Part shown: positions 1-5,424 of the stretch, piece by piece | Position numbering within the stretch: the stretch's first letter is position 1 | How the letters are laid out: every line of letters starts with the position of its first letter | NCBI GenBank assembly: GCA_016748015.1 | Contig: JAAOMT010000249.1 | Coordinates: forward strand, 1 to 5,424 | Length of the DNA: 5,424 bases | From: Geosiphon pyriformis uo1 | Lineage: Eukaryota; Fungi; Glomeromycota | Direction: 5' to 3' | Notes under the pieces: model-generated | Told to the model about the DNA's origin: nothing | What the model saw: only the letters and a program-made list of their open reading frames with translations | The model's database searches: none | Position numbers and translations under genes: made by a program

Positions 1-505
1 ATTTAGAGAATTTGGTTTTTCGAATTATTTGATATTTATTTCTTTTTGTGTGTATAAAAATGGTTTGTAAAAGATAAATCTAAAGTAAGATATATTTTCT
101 TGAAGAGAGAAGCTCTTCTCTTATACAACTTGTCGTAACACTATTCTATGAACTTGAACTTTGCTATTTTTTACAATTTCGCTGAACTAAAGATGCATTT
201 CGGCAAACTACAAGTTATTTCTGCGAACTATTAAATATTTCGGTGAACTATCACTTATTTTAGCAAATTTCTATAAATTTCAGCAAACTTTTGAATGTTA
301 CATAGTTCGGGGTATTGTATGATGGATCATCACAATTAGGTTATATTTGTGTTGTGTACAATTTGAGTTATTAATTAAATGATAATTTCAGACATTTTTG
401 CTAATATAATAAGTGATCATTTAAAACGATAATATATGCTAATTAATGATAGGAATTATAAGATAATTTCATGCTAAATAATATCTCTAATTTTGTCTGG
501 TAACA
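1..505. mobile_element. Possible terminus of a second element with a TG...CA-type end abutting the LINE
   Basis: AT-rich non-coding DNA ends in ...TCTGGTAACA at 505 (TGTTACCAGA on the minus strand), about where the ORF2-like frame runs out. It retains CpGs and contains the repeat array. No target-site duplication, primer-binding site or polypurine tract could be shown within the window. Confidence 0.35.
176..290. repeat. Phased tandem array of six 14-bp motifs (inferred ancestral ATTTCGGCGAACTA) with 6-7 bp variable linkers and a 20-21 bp period
   Basis: Copies: 176-189 atttcgctgaacta; 197-210 atttcggcaaacta; 217-230 atttctgcgaacta; 237-250 atttcggtgaacta; 257-270 attttagcaaattt; 277-290 atttcagcaaactt. 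A weaker copy may lie at ~143-155. An inverted copy at 303-316 (reverse complement aataccccgaacta) matches 10/14. Confidence 0.85.
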
Positions 506-1349
506 ACAGACATAAAACTGCCAAAGCCAAGAATGTTTAAAGGACCAACACCACTTGATGCTGAGAGAAAAGTTGAAAACAAATCTACATTGTTGAGAAA
601 TGCAGTAGAAAGTTTGAACTACTCAAAAACAGGCCCACAAGAGTCCAGCCTCTTCCACTACTTAAATGTATACCAATCAAAAACAGCACTATGATAATCA
701 TAAAGCTAATTCACAAATACAATACTATACCATTGAAGAAAAGAAAAAAACTTGAAAAACATTGACTTACCAAGAGCAACAGACATGGGAACCCCACCAC
801 AAAAGTGAAAAAGATTGGCCAAAGGGTCACTAATAGACAGACTGCAATTACAAAGAACATGAACCATGCCTGCTAAGAAATTATTAGAAGCATCAACACA
901 AATACAGACAGAAAAACACAAAAGATAAACAAGATGTCAACAAAGAACTTGCAAATCATGAGACCTATGAGAAAACAATCAACCCAAAATTCTACTGAAG
1001 TTTGCAAAGCTAATAAGAGAAGCAATTTTACTCTCAAATTGAATTTGTGCAAAGGATTTCAAATCATAAAAGAAGAGTGGTAAATTGTGTTACTAGGAAA
1101 GTCAAGAGGCAGGCCAGACTTGAGCTTTAGCCTCTTATAAATCAGAGCATCCCATTTGTTGCACACACCAACCAGAACAAAACTAAACTGCATTCTATAA
1201 CTGACTATAGAATGAAGTACTACTAATACTAAATATAAAAACTGCTTATCTGAGACTGTTTTCCTTAGAACTAAGTTGATAAAAAAGTGAATGTCCAAAT
1301 GCGTCTTAGCCAAACTAGGCTTCGAAAGATCTTCAGTCAAAAAAAAAAT

Positions 1350-2295
1350 ACCCAGGTACTAATGAAATTTACCCTTTTTAGTAATAGAAATAGGTGTGCC
1401 ACTAATAGAGAGAGAAGGAATGCTGACCTTGCTATTAATAGGAATGGCCACTGTTTTGTCATTATTGATTAAAATATCATTAATCCAAAAGAAATCACTA
1501 GCAATATTGAGAATATGTTAAGTAGCATTCTGACTGCTACCAATCCAAATTGTATCATTAACAAAAGTGCTGGCAGCAAAAAAGAAAGAAAGCCTAGTCT
1601 AAGATTTAGCATGACCACTCTTGGAAACAAAATGAGAATTCAGCCTATATTTATACACACTTTCTTGACACTTGACTTTACACAACAGAGGATTATAAAA
1701 TATGTACCACAGAAAAAGAGAAAAAACTTTTCTTTAGTCCAAACTATCATACACATAATAATCATTTGTTAAACCAAAATCCATTATAATTCTGTTAATA
1801 CAATCTCTATGAATATTACCAAAGAAATAAATGAATTTGCTACACATCTTAATTCTGACCAAACTTTTCTCAAGATGTTTTCAGCTGACCAAATTGTATG
1901 CTTTCTGCATGTCTTGCAAAACCAGCCAAAGCATTCTCAATAACTGAGCCAATTACAAAAATGAGAAACTGAGTTGATATGCCCTTTAAAACTGAAAAAT
2001 TGTCCCTACAAAGAACATCAAAAGTGCTGTATGCCAAAGAAATTTTATCAGAGAAAATCTTAGAAAGAATCTTGCAAGCTGTCTCAATTAAAGCAATAGG
2101 ATAAGTATTTATCAAAACACCCTCCCAGTCATAAGGCTTAAGAATCATTGAAACCCAAGTTTTTTTTTAAGAGCTGAGTACAGATTCACAAGCTAAACAA
2201 GAGTTTAAAAGCACCAAAAGCAGATTAAAAACTGATTTATCACAATGCTTCCATAGCTTATTCGAAATGTCTGAGAGACTAGCAGCTTTGCCATC
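1350..2295 (-). other. Non-LTR reverse transcriptase domain, inactivated
   Basis: RT motifs occur in order: KAASLSDISNKLWK (KAxGxDGI-like), ILKP...NTYPIALIETACKILSKI (IPK...RPIAL), LQDMQKAYNLV (DxxKAYDSV), SLD*RKVFSLFLW (GxxQGxxxSPLL), FVND at 1565-1554 (F/YxDD), INNDKT and YLG at 1358-1350. Confidence 0.92.
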
Positions 2296-3149
2296 AGGCA
2301 AATTAAAAACCATCCCATATAATTCATCAAACCCAATTAAACACATTACACCAAAAAAAGCACTATCAAAAATATACTCCAAAAGTTGGTATTGATGGCT
2401 CCAATTATTGGCAATATCATTGACCACCTGATGTCTTCTAGTCCAATCTTCTATGATTGTATCTACTTTAGATTTGACCAATTCAGGCTCCAAGACCAAT
2501 TCATTGTTCACAACTAAATGATCCAACACTACTTTATGAAAGAAACACTCTAGCATACTCCTGATGATATAACCCTTGTCCAATTCAAAATTTTCTATCC
2601 TCTTACAAATTGTCTATTTGATGTGACATTTCTTAACATGCTTCAATTCTAATAATTTGGAAGAGCAATAAAATTTTTTCGCCTTAGCCAGCTCAAAATG
2701 AACAGCATCAAAACTGGAACTAGAAATAAAAAGAGATTTCACTTTCACTGTACCACCATTATCAAGTTTATCCCAAGTTTCTAACAATGAAGCAAAATTC
2801 TTACTAGAAACCAAACGAGAAGCCTTTACTAACTTGGACACCAATAACTCAAGTTTATGAAATCTGAAAGACTTTTTGGTAAAAAAACTATCAAAATCCT
2901 TAAATCATTTCTTCCTGAAAGTACTATTGGCTGAAAAAACCATATTTCTGTGAACAACAGTTCACATTGTATACAGATCCAAAAATGCTACAGCCTTAAC
3001 AAACTCATCCAAGAACATAGTAGTATTAGCTGTCATGATGTCCTTAAACTCACACCATTTTGCAACATTGGCATTTTTGACATCAAACTTCTAATAATTC
3101 TTATTAGCTTGCTTTTGAAGTGAAAACAACCACATGTCCAAAAAACCAC

Positions 3150-3849
3150 CAAGACCCACGGAAATAGCAATAGTTTTGTAATCAGTATCAAAATAGTCCA
3201 TTACATCAGTTATATCACAGCTCACTATTAAATTGACCAAATTAGAAGAAATGAACAAGAAATCAATCATCCTGGTAACACCACAAAAATTGCACTATGT
3301 CAGCATCTTGGCTACTGAGTCCCCACCCAAAAAGTTGATCAAATCTAAATCAAGACACTTTTTATAACTGGCACATCTATGAGAACTATTTTCATTGAAA
3401 TTGCCACTAAGAATGATAAAAAAAGACTTATTCACAGCTTTAGCAATAAGAGAGTTGATCTCACCAGCTTGGGAAAAATGAACTATAGAAGAAGCACTAG
3501 CATAGAGCCCCAAAATTGAAACAAAAAGTTTGTTTTTGAAGAGCAACTTAATAGAGAAGAGCCAATCAGATATCTCAAAAACTTTACATACATGTCTTGT
3601 TAAAGAATTGTCCATGATTACAGCAACACCTGAATCCAAATAACCAGAGTCTATACCCAAAATAAATACACAAACACCACTAAATTTGTTAATAATCTAT
3701 AGATAAACTTTTCCTTTCAGCTTTGTTTCCATAAAAATTGAAACCAGATTATTCATGTCCTTATGCCAACACACAATATTTTTTTGTTTAGTTAAATTGT
3801 TCATACCTCTAACATTGCATGTGGCAATTTTTTAAACTAGACTGGTTAT
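3150..3849 (-). other. AP-like (EEP superfamily) endonuclease domain, inactivated
   Basis: APE motifs occur in the expected order: KIATCNVRG (3831-3805), ETK (3729-3721), SGVAVIM, ILGLYA, GNFN (3405-3394, canonical GDFN), T* (canonical TW/TF), IDFLF and TDY (3186-3178, canonical SDH/TDH). Confidence 0.9.
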
Positions 3850-5424
3850 TGAGAAGAAAGATTAGAAAATGCTTCACCAGCCAAAATCAAACTATTAAAT
3901 CTTGTTGTCAGACTCAAAACCAAAGCAGAGAGCCCTTCTAACATGGTTTTTAGTCTTTTTATCTCAAAAGAGGCAAAAGAGTCCAATTTCACAGCAGTTC
4001 CACTACCAGTGGTCCCATCTGAACTCTCTTCTATTACTATATTACCCACTTGATCCTGTGATGAGAAGATTACCAGCAGCTAATATTTAAGGCTAGGCTG
4101 GGGAACTGCCAGTACAAGTGAATCCAACCTTTTAGCCAACTTACTAATTTGCTTCATGAAACTGGTAAGACTGCTTTCCAAAATAGCAAACCTTTTTTTA
4201 ATATCAACTATAACAGGCAGAATGGGCTTCATCTCTAAAGAAGAGTCAGAATTGACCAAACTACTATGCATAGAAAGAGGAAGAAACAAAGATTTACCAG
4301 CAATCTTTGCCCAAAACACTCTATCAAAAGTGACAGAACAAGCAACAGGAGCTGAACATTTGATATAGATAGTAGCCAGTCTGCTTTTATCCAAGTCTAA
4401 GAGTGTTCTACAAAAAGATTTTCCAAAGAAAAGATTCTTATCCACAGAACAGCCCAATGATGTATGACCCACTTTCTTATACTTAGCATATTTAAAAAAA
4501 CCTAAATGAGATCAACACAAATTCATACTCCTCAAAATTAGAGTAGTTTTCATGATGGCATCCAAAAATTTGGCTGTTTCAAAACAAACAACAGTACATT
4601 TGGCCCAAACATACATAATTGGATGACAATTAATTACACATGTTTTTCTACCCACAGAACTAATAAAGTCTCAGACATTATAAGCATTTGTTCTCATAAG
4701 CAGAATATAAAACAGTGCTCTATAATGATTTTTTACATCTCATGATTTTTTATCTTAATCAGCCCTGGCTATATGCACAGCATCCTTCCCAATTAAGATA
4801 GACCAACAAGTTGCGACCAAATCAGCCTGCTCAATCTTACCAAATTTGACTACAGCTTTTTGCCACAAACCCACCAATTGCATTTTGATTAACACCACTG
4901 TATCAAATTCAGATAGTGCAGTGTGCATAGTCTTAACTGAAGTTTCAATAGGGATTTTTTTTTACTATCACAGCCTAATCTAAGCACCCAGATAATTTTT
5001 TGAGATCAGTATTCACCAAGATCTTTGCTTCTTCAGCTTTTTTAGAAGCCTGCACCAAACTTAATTCAGAAGTGAATGTTGCTCTGATAATCCCAGCAAA
5101 TTTTGAGGAGGTAGAGGCCTCCTCAAAATCATTGATTTTTGAAAATAACTTTCTAACTATTACAAGCTTTTTTTGAGCAGATTTCCCAACAACATTGTCC
5201 AAACTGATGTCTAAAGCAAAAGATTTTTTAACAGAAACATTGACCAAGTTCTTCAAAAGAGAAAGGAGAACTACAGATTTGTCTGACAATATGTTATCAA
5301 TATTATTACCCAAGAAGTTAATTTTCCTCAGTAGTTTTTTCAGCATTCTTTTGGTAAGAATTTTTGAACTTTTAGACATTTGTTCCAAGTCTTCTTTAGC
5401 AAAAGCTCTACTATTTCCATAATC
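3846..5424 (-). pseudogene. LINE ORF1 (gag-like nucleic-acid-binding protein) pseudogene, N-terminus outside the window
   Basis: The frame is open from 5424 (DYGNSRAFAKEDLEQMSK...) to TAG at 4977. A +1 frameshift occurs in the 9-nt homopolymer at 4955-4963, then a single frame runs to TAA at 3848-3846. Internal stops begin at 4977, 4757, 4742, 4673, 4514 and 4082. It contains RRM-like segments such as AVIVKKIPIETS...ALSEFDTVVLIKMQLVGLWQKAVVKF and includes track ORFs 4975-5388, 4080-4472 and 3846-4049. Confidence 0.85.
4449..4490 (-). other. Degenerate CCHC zinc knuckle in ORF1
   Basis: The translation YAKYKKVGHTSLGC has exact C-x2-C-x4-H-x4-C spacing, including the typical GH. The first two positions are TAT (Tyr), each one G>A transition from TGT (Cys). 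Confidence 0.8.

Larger units (their letters stand above)
506..3849 (-). pseudogene. LINE ORF2 (endonuclease/reverse transcriptase polyprotein) pseudogene
   Basis: One frame runs from 3849 to ~1930, shifts at ~1926-1932, shifts again at 1068-1071, and continues to ~506. I counted 18 internal stops, starting at 3834, 3699, 3297, 3093, 2964, 2907, 2616, 2169, 1883, 1736, 1601, 1520, 1361, 981, 939, 708, 660 and 621. It includes track ORFs 3295-3660, 2614-2844, 2167-2583, 1870-2148, 1059-1340 and 706-921. Confidence 0.92.
506..5424 (-). mobile_element. Degenerate APE-type non-LTR retrotransposon (LINE); 5' end lies beyond the window, 3' part interrupted or truncated near 506
   Basis: Reading through stops, the minus-strand ORF fragments join into two long colinear frames in the canonical LINE order: ORF1 (RRM-like plus zinc knuckle), then endonuclease, then reverse transcriptase. 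No LTR, protease or integrase motifs were seen. The left boundary is approximate. Confidence 0.93.

Noticed and set aside
106-121. Small hairpin agagaag-ct-cttctct as a Helitron 3' end or terminator
   Set aside because: The 7-bp stem is low complexity, and the nearby downstream tetramer is CTTG rather than CTRR.
176-290. Mini-CRISPR interpretation of the repeat array
   Set aside because: Repeats are 14 bp and degenerate, linkers are only 6-7 bp, there are no cas genes, and the context is eukaryotic.
372-480. Short direct repeats such as gataatttca at 381 and 462
   Set aside because: The sequence is very AT-rich and shows no consistent period, so significance cannot be supported.
1287-1772. 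Plus-strand ORFs 1287-1472 and 1515-1772
   Set aside because: They are short and motif-less, and lie antisense to the RT domain; most likely shadow ORFs.
1350-2295. Bacterial RT system (group II intron, retron, DGR or defence RT)
   Set aside because: An upstream APE endonuclease and a gag-like ORF1 identify it as a LINE.
3272-3280. ctggtaaca also present at 497-505
   Set aside because: It lies inside the endonuclease coding frame with no disruption, so it is probably a chance 9-mer match.
4751-4800. 9-bp inverted repeat tatcttaat / attaagata
   Set aside because: It is AT-rich, sits within ORF1 coding sequence, and one arm includes a nonsense mutation; expected by chance.
619-4977. Alternative genetic code or stop-codon readthrough
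   Set aside because: All three stop types occur, there are frameshifts, and catalytic residues are mutated, so decay is the simpler explanation.
706-5388. Minus-strand ORFs as independent small genes or an operon
   Set aside because: They are colinear fragments of two ancestral frames, many begin at TTG or GTG, and conserved motifs continue across the stops.
3902-5422. Plus-strand ORFs 3902-4090, 4156-4368 and 5195-5422
   Set aside because: They are antisense shadows of ORF1 with no recognisable motifs.

Overview
About 4.9 kb of this window (506 to the right edge, minus strand) is one heavily decayed APE-type non-LTR retrotransposon (LINE). The eight minus-strand ORFs in the track are fragments of its two ancestral ORFs. 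ORF1 (>5424 to 3846) has RRM-like modules, a degenerate CCHC knuckle and predicted coiled coils. ORF2 (~3849 to ~506) has an AP-like endonuclease and a reverse transcriptase. Hand translation gave 24 premature stops but only 3 frameshifts, several mutated catalytic residues, and near-total loss of CpG. The proteins resemble, from memory only, a LINE family from Glomeromycotina fungi (Geosiphon-like); this needs a search to confirm. ORF2 stops near 505/506 without a poly(A) tail, next to an AT-rich non-coding segment that ends in ...GTAACA and carries a phased ~20-bp repeat array (176-290). That segment may be the end of a second, younger mobile element. I see no intact gene and no firm evidence of a wholly new system. 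The best leads are the C>T/G>A hypermutation pattern, the repeat array and the junction.
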